This document shows positions 6,192-14,700 of a DNA stretch of 18,336 bases, in pieces. The notes beneath the pieces were generated by a model. The model saw only the letters and a program-made list of their open reading frames with translations. It had not been told where the DNA came from and made no database searches. Source of the stretch: an uncultured Deferribacteres bacterium (lineage in GTDB: Bacteria > Zhuqueibacterota > Zhuqueibacteria > Zhuqueibacterales > Geothermadaptataceae); NCBI GenBank assembly GCA_964014485.1, contig CAXHAT010000160.1, positions 1 to 18,336 on the forward strand, given 5' to 3'. Made by a program: the position numbers and the translations under genes. Within the stretch, counting starts at the first letter, position 1, and each line of letters starts with the position of its first letter.

Positions 6192-7481
6192 ATGCGTTTT
6201 CTCAACACAAAAAACACAAGTTGGCCGCGAATGAACCGCGACATGCGTTTCAATCGCCTTTTGTCCTCTTCTCGGCGCTTCGTCGATGGATTGGCAGGGC
6301 GGAATCTGGCATTCGGCCAATCCTGTTTTTCGAAAAAAAAGCGACGCAATTTTGCAACACCGGTCGAGCTTGTTTTTCCGTTCTCCGGCGCTCCTCGCAT
6401 GGCCCGAGACCGGCGGGCGGACAAGAAGTTCACAGAGAACAAGTACTTTTTCGATAACCGTGTTTTTGTTTACGCCAACTCTGCCTGGCTTCGACAAAAC
6501 CATTCGTTTCCGGCGAAGCTTGTGGTTCAGCACGAAAAGGCGGTTTCCGCTCCAATTTTCAGTCGCGGTTCGGGAATTATCACGGCTTTGACGGCTTCTC
6601 AGCCAGCCAAATTTACTGCGCCTGACTTGAGTTACAATTTGTCGCCAAATCTTCAAATTTCAACTTTGAGTCTGGCAAGAATGGCGACGGTGAGCACTCT
6701 CGGCGATGAGCCGTTCAAGCATCATCCGCAAGCAGAACGCGAAGCATCGTTTTCGCAATCGTCATCTGGATTATGGGCGCATTTAGAAAGCTCCCCAGCC
6801 CGTCCCCTGATTTTGAATAAGTCGAAAGATTCAGAGACGAGACGGGCAAGCGCACTTTCCGATCAAGTTTCAGCGGGAAAGCGGGCGGCCCGAACGGAAA
6901 CGCGCTTTTTGACGCGCAAAGAGCGGTTTTCCAAAAACGTCAGCGGAAGAATTGGTTTTGCTTACAAAGGTTTTATGCCAGGAATTGATTCCGGCAAACC
7001 CGGACGATTGTTTCCCGCCGCGCCAGTCGGCATGATGCAAAATAGCCGTTCCTTGATTCAGGCAAAATTTAAATTGGCGGAAAAAGTACGAGGACAGCCT
7101 GGAGCAATCGCGAACGACGGTTCTCCATTGCAGTTTTACGCTGGAGCTTCTCACGACCAAGGCCTGGAAATGCACGTTTTTCCCGTCTTCTCGGACAAAG
7201 GCGGACGGGCGGCAACGGCGACTGGCGCACCGGAGTTCGAGTTGTCCTACTTGGATCCGAAAGTATTTTCAACGCCGAGAAAAGAGACAAACGACGTCTC
7301 GCTCGCTCCGGAAATGATTCCGCGAGAAGGTACTCGCGAAACGCAGAAAACGAGAGCGGCGGCAAGCGAAGCCGCTCCCATATTGAGCGCTTTGGACATA
7401 GGTCGGATTACCGACCAGGTTCAGCGTGCAATTGAGCAGAAAATGCGGCTCGAAAACGAACGCAGCGGGCAATGGTATTGA
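6192..7481 (+). CDS. Variable eCIS-associated protein in the tape-measure position
   Basis: 429-aa ORF with basic N-terminus, S/A/P/K/R-rich middle and C-terminal LDIGRITDQVQRAIEQKMRLENERSG motif of the kind I recall upstream of second tube genes in such loci. Confidence 0.65.
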   Translation: MRFLNTKNTSWPRMNRDMRFNRLLSSSRRFVDGLAGRNLAFGQSCFSKKKRRNFATPVELVFPFSGAPRMARDRRADKKFTENKYFFDNRVFVYANSAWLRQNHSFPAKLVVQHEKAVSAPIFSRGSGIITALTASQPAKFTAPDLSYNLSPNLQISTLSLARMATVSTLGDEPFKHHPQAEREASFSQSSSGLWAHLESSPARPLILNKSKDSETRRASALSDQVSAGKRAARTETRFLTRKERFSKNVSGRIGFAYKGFMPGIDSGKPGRLFPAAPVGMMQNSRSLIQAKFKLAEKVRGQPGAIANDGSPLQFYAGASHDQGLEMHVFPVFSDKGGRAATATGAPEFELSYLDPKVFSTPRKETNDVSLAPEMIPREGTRETQKTRAAASEAAPILSALDIGRITDQVQRAIEQKMRLENERSGQWY

Positions 7482-7586
7482 CTGTCAGCTAATGTCATTC
7501 AGTTAAGTGCGCAAAGCCTCCCCTTTCGAAGGGAGCATTGGCGTCAAGCTAAGGGCTTAAGTGTATGATTTGTTTTGAATTAGAAC

Positions 7587-7721
7587 TCTCATTAGCCTCG
7601 TCCTTCAGGACGGGGAGGAATAGACGAATACCCCTTCTCCCGCCGCCGCGCCAGCGCGGCGGCGGGAGGAAAAGAAGAACGTGCGACCGAGTCCACGCGC
7701 TAAAGCGCGCGGCTAATGAGA
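7587..7721. repeat. REPIN-like triple-hairpin element, copy 2
   Basis: 11-bp perfect terminal IR TCTCATTAGCC/GGCTAATGAGA; hairpins at 7596-7615, 7637-7668 (15-bp perfect arms) and 7693-7712. Confidence 0.85.
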
Positions 7722-7769
7722 CGTTCGGACAGTCAGGACTGAACGATCCGGAATTTGCCAACAGAATCC

Positions 7770-7786
7770 TGAAGAGCGGGGCTAAT
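7770..7786 (-). repeat. Truncated REP half-unit
   Basis: Reverse complement ATTAGCCCCGCTCTTCA matches 826-842 at 16/17. Confidence 0.6.
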
Positions 7787-7918
7787 AAAATCCCGAGCTT
7801 TTGTTAATCAAAAGTTTACACCCTAGCTTGACGCGTATGCCTCCAAAGGAGCGAATTGCGCGCGCATTGCGCTTAACTTAATGAGATTGACCGCTGAACA
7901 TAATTTCGGAGAATGAAA

Positions 7919-8350
7919 ATGGCGACGGGCGAACGAAATGATCCCTATTTCAACTATAACTTTGCGATTGAAATCAACGGGATCGTGAAAGGATTCGCGG
8001 ACGCTTCCGGCCTGCAATCCGAAGCACAGACGGAAGATTTTCGTGAGGGCGGCGTCAATGAATATGCACGTAAAATCGTCAAGTCCGCCGCTTATCAAAA
8101 TCTGACCTTGAAACGCGGCTTGACGGACGGCGACGATTTATGGCAATGGCACCGCAACACGCTCTCCGGCAAGATCGAGAGGAAAAACCTCAGCATCATT
8201 TTGTTGAACCACACCGGCGACGAGAAATGGCGCTGGAATTTTGTCGAGGCGCTTCCCGTCAAGTGGACCGGCCCGGATTTGAAAGCCGGCGAAAACAGCG
8301 TCGCCTTCGAAACTTTGGAATTCGTTCATCACGGGTTTGACAAAACATAA
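7919..8350 (+). CDS. Second tail tube protein (gp19-like, Afp5-like)
   Basis: DPYFNYNFAIEING, GFADASGL, FREGGVN, LTLKRGL, LPVKWTGPDL, VAFETLEFVH. GGAG at 7908-7911 favours ATG 7919 over 7913. Confidence 0.95.
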   Translation: MATGERNDPYFNYNFAIEINGIVKGFADASGLQSEAQTEDFREGGVNEYARKIVKSAAYQNLTLKRGLTDGDDLWQWHRNTLSGKIERKNLSIILLNHTGDEKWRWNFVEALPVKWTGPDLKAGENSVAFETLEFVHHGFDKT

Positions 8351-8365
8351 ACGAAGAGCGCACAA

Positions 8366-9001
8366 ATGGAACTCGAAAAAGCGTATATCCAGCCATTGGA
8401 TGCGAAAGGAAACAACAAAGGCGAGCGCATCCTTGCCATGTTCAACCCCGAGCAATACACCGTCGACAAGACAGTGAATTATCAGCGCACCAATTTGCCC
8501 GGCTTGCAAACGCCGATCACGCAATTTGTTTACGGCAACGCGCAGACCCTGAAAATCGATCTCTTTTTCGACGCCTATGACAAAGGCGAGGACGTTCGCA
8601 AGTACACGAAAAAAATCACCAAGCTGCTTGACATCGATTCCGATCTGCACGCTCCGCCGGTGTGCAAATTCATGTGGGGAAAGCTGGAATTCAAGGCGGT
8701 GATCGACAGCGTTTCAGAGAATTTCACCATGTTCCAGAGTTCGGGCGTTCCGGTGCGCTCAAAATTGACGATCAGCTTCACCGAGTACAAAACTTTTGCT
8801 GAGCAATTGCCGCCGAGGCCGTTAGAATCGGCGGATCGCGTCAAGTACCGCAGGATCACGCAAGCGGACAGTTTGTGGAGCCTGGCGGACAAAGCGTACG
8901 GCGATCCCGGCCAATGGCGCGTCATCGCCAGGGCCAACAAAATCACCAATCCGCGATTGCTTGAGCCGGGCGCGGAGTTGACTATTCCGGCTTTGAGGTA
9001 A
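8366..9001 (+). CDS. CIS tube-initiator protein with C-terminal LysM domain (Afp7-like)
   Basis: MFNPEQY, LHAPPVCKFMWG, FTMF..SGVPVRS; LysM DSLWSLADKAYGDPGQWRVIARANKI.NPR.L.PG..LTIP. Confidence 0.93.
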   Translation: MELEKAYIQPLDAKGNNKGERILAMFNPEQYTVDKTVNYQRTNLPGLQTPITQFVYGNAQTLKIDLFFDAYDKGEDVRKYTKKITKLLDIDSDLHAPPVCKFMWGKLEFKAVIDSVSENFTMFQSSGVPVRSKLTISFTEYKTFAEQLPPRPLESADRVKYRRITQADSLWSLADKAYGDPGQWRVIARANKITNPRLLEPGAELTIPALR

Positions 9002-9006
9002 CGGTC

Positions 9007-10068
9007 ATGGAATTCGCCAAGATCGAACAGAAAAATTTGAATTTCTATGCGCCTCGATTCGAGGTCGTCATCGACGGGGAAAACATCATGCACAGCGGCG
9101 TGCAAATCGCCAGCGTAACGTTCACGGATATTCTGCGCGGGCCGGACGATTTTTCGATGACGATCAATGATCCGGACATGGAATGGCTGGAAGCGCCGCT
9201 GCTTCAGCCGGGCAAGGAGGTCGAAATCAGAATGGGCTACGGCGGCAAACTCACTCCCATGGTCGTGGGCGATATTACGGCGTTGGAACCGTCGTTTTCT
9301 TCTTCGGGCCCGCAAAGTATGACGATACGCGGCTTCGATCTGCTGAAAAGGCTGCAAAACGGCTGCGTCTTCAAATCCTGGGACGACACGCAGGATTCCG
9401 ACGTTGCCAGCAAAATTGCCGACAAACATAAATTGAAGACGACGGGCATCGATGAAACGCAGACGATTCATCCAAAAATTATGCAAAACGGAGAGAGCGA
9501 TTACGCGCTTTTGCAGCGCAGGGCGGAAGAAAACGGCTTCGAGATGTTCGTCCATTTACGCACGTTTTATTTCTGCAAGCCCAAGCAGGATAAAACGCCG
9601 CTGACGACGCTGACTTTGGAAAAAACGCTCACCCGATTTACGCCCAGGCTCAACCTTGCCAACAAGCCCAGCCGCGTCTCGGTCAGAGGGTGGAACCCTG
9701 AGCAGCGGCGGGAAATTGTGGGGACGGCGGACGCGGGTCAGGAATCGGCGGTAGAATCGAATCGGCAATCAGCCAGCCAGGCGATTGAAGGCAGGTACGG
9801 AACGGTCGAGCGCTGCATTCGGGAGCCGGTTTACACGCGCGAAGAAGCCTCCCGGCGTGCGCAAGCGGCTCTCGACGCATCCAGCGATCAGTTTTTAACC
9901 GGCGAAGGCGAGTGCATCGGCATACCGGAAATCAGAGCCGGGCGCTACATCAAAATAGAAGGCGTCGGGGCGCGCTTCAGCATGAAATATTACATCGAAC
10001 GCGCAGTCCATAAAATTGACGCAAACGGTTATTCGACAACATTTTCAGTCAAAGGAAACGCATTATGA
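9007..10068 (+). CDS. Phage late control D (GPD) / VgrG hub protein
   Basis: GKEVEIRMGYGG, QNGESDYALLQRRAEENGFE, VSVRGWNP, GECIGIPEIRAG, FSMKYYIERAVHKID. Confidence 0.92.
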   Translation: MEFAKIEQKNLNFYAPRFEVVIDGENIMHSGVQIASVTFTDILRGPDDFSMTINDPDMEWLEAPLLQPGKEVEIRMGYGGKLTPMVVGDITALEPSFSSSGPQSMTIRGFDLLKRLQNGCVFKSWDDTQDSDVASKIADKHKLKTTGIDETQTIHPKIMQNGESDYALLQRRAEENGFEMFVHLRTFYFCKPKQDKTPLTTLTLEKTLTRFTPRLNLANKPSRVSVRGWNPEQRREIVGTADAGQESAVESNRQSASQAIEGRYGTVERCIREPVYTREEASRRAQAALDASSDQFLTGEGECIGIPEIRAGRYIKIEGVGARFSMKYYIERAVHKIDANGYSTTFSVKGNAL

Positions 10069-10721
10069 GTTCGTCTGAGAATGGTTCCAGAGCCGCGCAA
10101 GACGGCAGCAAGATTTCCGGCGTGGTCGTCGGCATTGTGACCGACAATCAAGACCGGCAAGGCATGGCGCGGGTCAAAGTTCGCTTTCCCTGGCGCGACG
10201 ATCAGGACAACAGCTACTGGGCCCGCATCGCTTCGTTGATGGGCGGCAAGGATCGCGGGACTTATTTTCTGCCGGAAGTCGACGACGAAGTGCTCGTTGC
10301 TTTCGACCACGGTGACGTGCATCACCCGTACATTGTCGGCGCGCTGTGGAACGGCGAGGATTCGCCCCCGGAAACGAATTCAGACGGCAAAAATGATATT
10401 CGGAAAATCAAATCGCGCAGCGGTCACGAAATTATTTTCAACGATGACAACGAGACGGGCGGAGAGAAGCTGGAAATCCGCACCAACGCCGGACACAAGA
10501 TTTTGCTCGACGACAGCAGCGGCGGCGAGAAAATTGAGATCACGGACAAATCCGGCAGCAACGCCGTCGCCATCGACTCGGTGCAAAACGCGATTTCCGT
10601 TAAAAGCGGCATGAAAGTGAGCATCGAATCGCAAATGATTGAAATAAAAGCCGGCGGGATGATGAATATCGAAGCCTCCGGCACACTGACGCTCAAAGGC
10701 GCGGTGGTGATGATTAATTGA
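10065..10721 (+). CDS. Baseplate assembly protein V / gp5 OB-fold spike
   Basis: GVVVGIVTDNQD..GMARVKVRFPW, WARI, GTYFLPEVDDEVLVAFDHGD..HPYIVGALWN, beta-helix-like C-terminus; ATGA overlap with the hub gene. Confidence 0.95.
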   Translation: MSSSENGSRAAQDGSKISGVVVGIVTDNQDRQGMARVKVRFPWRDDQDNSYWARIASLMGGKDRGTYFLPEVDDEVLVAFDHGDVHHPYIVGALWNGEDSPPETNSDGKNDIRKIKSRSGHEIIFNDDNETGGEKLEIRTNAGHKILLDDSSGGEKIEITDKSGSNAVAIDSVQNAISVKSGMKVSIESQMIEIKAGGMMNIEASGTLTLKGAVVMIN

Positions 10722-10737
10722 ACAGGAGCGTTGAATT

Positions 10738-11034
10738 ATGCCTTCAGCAGCAAGAATCGGCGACCCAACCAGCCACGGAACGCCTCTCGCTCCAGGGCCG
10801 GGCAGCGCGAACGTCTTGATCGGCGGCGCCCCGGCCTGGCGCGTCGGGTCGGATTTTCATGCCTGCCCGCTGGTCACTCCTGTGCCGTCGCCGCACGTCG
10901 GCGGCGTTGTTGGCGTGGGAAGCGTGACCGTGCTGATCAACGGCTTGCCCGCGGCGCGGCAGGGAGACATGATTATTGAAGCCGGACCGCCCAATTCCAT
11001 CGCGATGGGCTGTCCGACGGTGCAAATCGGTTGA
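10738..11034 (+). CDS. PAAR spike-tip protein
   Basis: SAARIGD, PAWRVG and PAARQGD repeats with His/Cys ligands; AGGAG RBS. Confidence 0.95.
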   Translation: MPSAARIGDPTSHGTPLAPGPGSANVLIGGAPAWRVGSDFHACPLVTPVPSPHVGGVVGVGSVTVLINGLPAARQGDMIIEAGPPNSIAMGCPTVQIG

Positions 11035-11043
11035 GGAAATGTC

Positions 11044-11451
11044 ATGGCAAAAGAATTTCTCGGCACAGGCTGGAAATATCCGGTGGGCTTGCAGGCGGAC
11101 GGACGGATCACCCTCTCCAGGTATGAAGAAGATATCCGGGAAGCCATTTTGATCATTCTGGGAACCGCAAAAGGAGAGCGCGTGATGCGCCCGGATTTCG
11201 GCTGCGGCATTCACGATCTCGTCTTCGCGACCGTCAATGTCGCAACGATCGGTCAGGTCGAATCGACTGTACGGGAAGCTTTGACGGAATTTGAGCCGCG
11301 CATCGAACTCATCGAGATCAAGGCTTCTCGCGATGACGCAAGCAACGGCAAGCTCAACGTCAGCATCGACTATCGCGTGCGCGCGACCAACAATGAATTC
11401 AATCTGGTTTATCCGTTTTACCTGGACGAAACGAGCAGCGCGGCGATTTGA
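11044..11451 (+). CDS. GPW/gp25-family baseplate protein (Afp9-like)
   Basis: FLGTGWKYP, ILGTAKGERVMRPDFGCGI, FEPRI, NLVYPFYL. Confidence 0.95.
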   Translation: MAKEFLGTGWKYPVGLQADGRITLSRYEEDIREAILIILGTAKGERVMRPDFGCGIHDLVFATVNVATIGQVESTVREALTEFEPRIELIEIKASRDDASNGKLNVSIDYRVRATNNEFNLVYPFYLDETSSAAI

Positions 11452-11487
11452 GTTCAGAACTGCACCGGATAAACGTTTGTAATGGCA

Positions 11488-11715
11488 TTTTTTGTCATAC
11501 TCGACAATGCATTCGAATACAAGTTTTTTGGCAAGATTTTTAGAAACGCAGAGACGGAAAGGACGCTGAGAAGCGCAGAAAAAATTTCATTTTAAATTCA
11601 ATATTGGATGGTTTCAAAGTACAAAAACATACAAAAGGCTCTGCGAAGCTCTCCGATCTCCGCGTCTCTGCGTTAAGTCTCAAAATTGAGACTGTGCTGC
11701 CTCGTTCCGGCTTGT
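11488..11715 (+). repeat. ~230-bp repeat, copy A (ACGCAGAGACG-type REPIN core)
   Basis: Inverted arms at ~11544-11584 and 11639-11678; homologous along its length to the reverse complement of 16088-16334. Confidence 0.85.
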
Positions 11716-11783
11716 CCGGGATTGGGTTCTTTGACGAAAAATTTTTGTTCGAACCATCATCTATAACGCGGGAGAACAAACGT

Positions 11784-14700
11784 ATGTCAGTCTCTACGCC
11801 AAAAATAGATCAACGAACGATTGAAAAAATTCTCAAGCGGATAAAAGCCGCCGCACCGTTCTACGTGCCGGAGTGGAACATCTCCGAAAACACGGGGCCC
11901 GGCGCCGCCTTGATCGAAATATATGCGCGCCTGCTGGAAGCCGTGATTTTCCGGCTCAACCAAACGCCGGACAAAAACTTCACCGCTTTTCTGGATATGC
12001 TCGGCGTGAAGCTGCTCCCCGCGCAAGCAGCCAAAGTTCCGCTCACGTTTAAACTTTCCAAAGGCACGGAAAAGGAAATTCTCATCCCGGCGCGAACCCG
12101 CGTCGCCGCCGACAAAACGGACGAGCATGATGAATTGCCTTTTGAAAGCGAAAAGAACCTGCTGGCGATTCCCAGCCCGCTCAAAGCCGTCATCAGCGCC
12201 GATCCGGTGAACGACGCCGTCTATCTGCCCCCGCCCGATTTTTTGAGCGAAGAATTACAAGACCCGCCCCGCCTTTCCTACACAATCGTTGCGTCGGCCG
12301 CCGCAGGGACGAAGAGCCTGCAATTGGATCACGTGACGGAATTAAAAGAGCGGGACATTCTCAAAATCGGCGGAAACGGACAGGCGGAATATGTGATCAT
12401 CGCTTCGCTGTCCGGCGCAATCGTCCATCTGACCGACAAGCTTTCACAGGCTCACGGCGCCAGAACCCCGATTAAAAAGATTGCTCATTTCTGCCTGTGC
12501 GAGGGCAAAAACAAGCAGGAGCACGGCTTGTATCTGGGACATGAAGACCTTTTCAATATTGAGAGCGCGGCCAACTTTGTTTTGAACCTGGAGCTTTGGG
12601 GCGAGACACCATCCGACGAGCTGCGGGAGCTTGTCTGGCAATATTGGGGCGAGGTCAAGGACAAGAAAGGCGAAGATTGGCATGACTTCGATACGCTGGA
12701 CGAGACGCAAGACCTGACCCAAAGCGGCGAAGTTAAATTGCACAAAACACTGGACGGCGAAATCAAGGAAAAAGAAATCAACGGGATCAAGAGCCGTTGG
12801 ATTCGGTGCCTGGTCAAAGAAAAGCTGCCGCCCGCTGGACAGCGCCGTCTGCCAATTCTGGACAAGGTCAAATTCAAAGTCAATTCTTCCGAAACAAAGC
12901 TGCCGCCCGATCTTGCCTTCAACAACGACGTCCCGCTGGACGTGACCAAACCTTTCTCGCCTTTTGGGACGGAGCCGCGCATTTTCGACCGTTTCGCCAT
13001 CGCCAACAAAGAAGCGTTTTCCAAAAAAGATGCGAAGGTTACTCTGGATGTTGATGTAGACGCAAGGGGCGTTCTTTCTACGCCTAGCGCCGTGTCGTTT
13101 GACAACAAAACAAAAGTGTTTGCCAGAGGCGATGACGGCAGATTGATCGAAATCGAAATTGACGCAGACGAGAATATCAACGCAGTCTGGATCGATCATG
13201 GATATCCCGCAAGCGCGCAGATAGCCACTGATTCAGCCCCATCTGCGATTGAGTACAGAGCCAACAACATTGATCAAATATCTGTATTTGTAAGATTAGA
13301 AAACGGGTGTCTGGCGGAAAGAAAGTATAACGGTTTTCAATGGAGTTGGTCTGATCATAACACTCCCATAATCGAAAGCGATCATCAGGAGGACGGAATT
13401 ATTTTTGATCCAATCGCAGTCTGTCAAAAAGCGCACACCGGGCAAAACAATAGAATGCTGTCTGTCTTTGTCGTTGGGTCGAGCGGCCGCCTCTTCGAGC
13501 GCTGCCGCGACCTGCTCAAATCATCCTACTTTTGGAAGAATCACGGTTTAATAAAAGATACCCCGATCGCCGGTTCACCCTACGCCGACTGTCACCCTCA
13601 TGAAACAGCAGGCGAAACGCAAAGAGTAAAGGTTTTTGCCGTTGGCGAAAGCGGGCAATTGCTTGAATTGGACTCCGAAATGGGTTCGGAAGCAAGCGAC
13701 GAGCACAGCGTTTACGAACCGCCCGACGAATCGATAAAGCCCGGCTCTCGACCGTTCGCGCAGAATTACTTTTATCACAATGACGAAAATGTATATGCAT
13801 ACGTCTTTGTTCAGGGATCGGACGGCGAGTTGTGGAAAAAAGACGCCAACCCTGCTAAAATTGGCGGCGAGCCTGACTGGGAATCTTTGGGCAAGCCGAA
13901 CGGAAATCATTCGGTGGCTTCTAATCCGCACGGCCCAAAATCACGGGAGCACGAGAATATTTTCGTTACGGACAATGAAGGATTTCTTTGGGAATGGCGG
14001 TCGAATGACTGGAAACTTCACGAAGCGCCGAAGAATACGAATCTTGCATTTTCTCCCTGTTTTCTGAGAGTCGGCGATGATCTATATGTTTTTTCCGCTG
14101 ACAAAAATAACGCCCTGGCGGAATTGAAAATTGCAAATTTCAGGCTGCCGGGACGATACAAGCGGTGGAGAGAGCATCGCGAGTTCAATCCGGTGCTTTC
14201 GTGGGAATACTGGAACGCCAAAGGATGGAAAATCCTCAAGGGCCTGCAAGATACGACGGATCATTTACTCAAAAACGGCAAAATCACCTTCACGCTGCCG
14301 GAGGACGTCGCGGAGACGGAAATCGCCGGACAAAAGAACTTCTGGATTCGAGCAAGACTGGTCGGCGGCGACTACGGCAGGGAATCCTTCGCTTATGCTC
14401 TGGGAACGACGCAGGATGGAGATCAGTTTACATCTTCCAAATCCGGCATTCGCCCGCCGCTTGTCAACGAACTGACCATCAGCTATGAACTCGAAAAACA
14501 ACAATTCCCGCAAATATGCTTGACGCACAACAATCTGGCTTTTGTTGATCACACCGACGCGTGCAGGTTGGACGGCAAGCATTTTCACCCCTTCGAGAGG
14601 TTGCGGGACGACGAAGAATCTCTCTACCTGGGCTTTGAAAAATCCTTCACAGGCGGGCCGGTCAAAATATTCTTCAACGCCGAAGAACTCCCCTGGACGA

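Larger units (their letters stand above)
7536..7839. mobile_element. Second IS4-family-like (IS231-like CAT... end) MITE nested in the first
   Basis: CATTGGCGTCAAGCTAAG (7536-7553) vs reverse complement of 7822-7839, CATACGCGTCAAGCTAGG: 15/18. Confidence 0.65.
7490..7889. mobile_element. IS4-family-like MITE (outer layer)
   Basis: TAATGTCATTCAGTTAAG (7490-7507) vs reverse complement of 7872-7889, CAATCTCATTAAGTTAAG: 15/18. Resembles the E. coli IS4 end TAATGCCGATCAGTTAAG. Confidence 0.7.

Noticed and set aside
7549..7807. Short ORFs 7565-7807 (+) and 7549-7761 (-)
   Set aside because: They are translations of palindromic repeat DNA with no RBS or family features.
8575..9555. 326-aa minus-strand ORF and other antisense ORFs
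   Set aside because: They are shadows of well-supported + strand genes in GC-rich coding DNA.
11544..11678. CRISPR array or tRNA/rRNA
   Set aside because: The repeats are inverted pairs, not regularly spaced direct repeats; no cas genes or RNA gene signatures were seen in the window.
11604..11783. 60-aa N-terminal extension of the wedge protein in the ORF track
   Set aside because: The TTG start lies inside repeat A; family-like sequence and the RBS point to ATG 11784.
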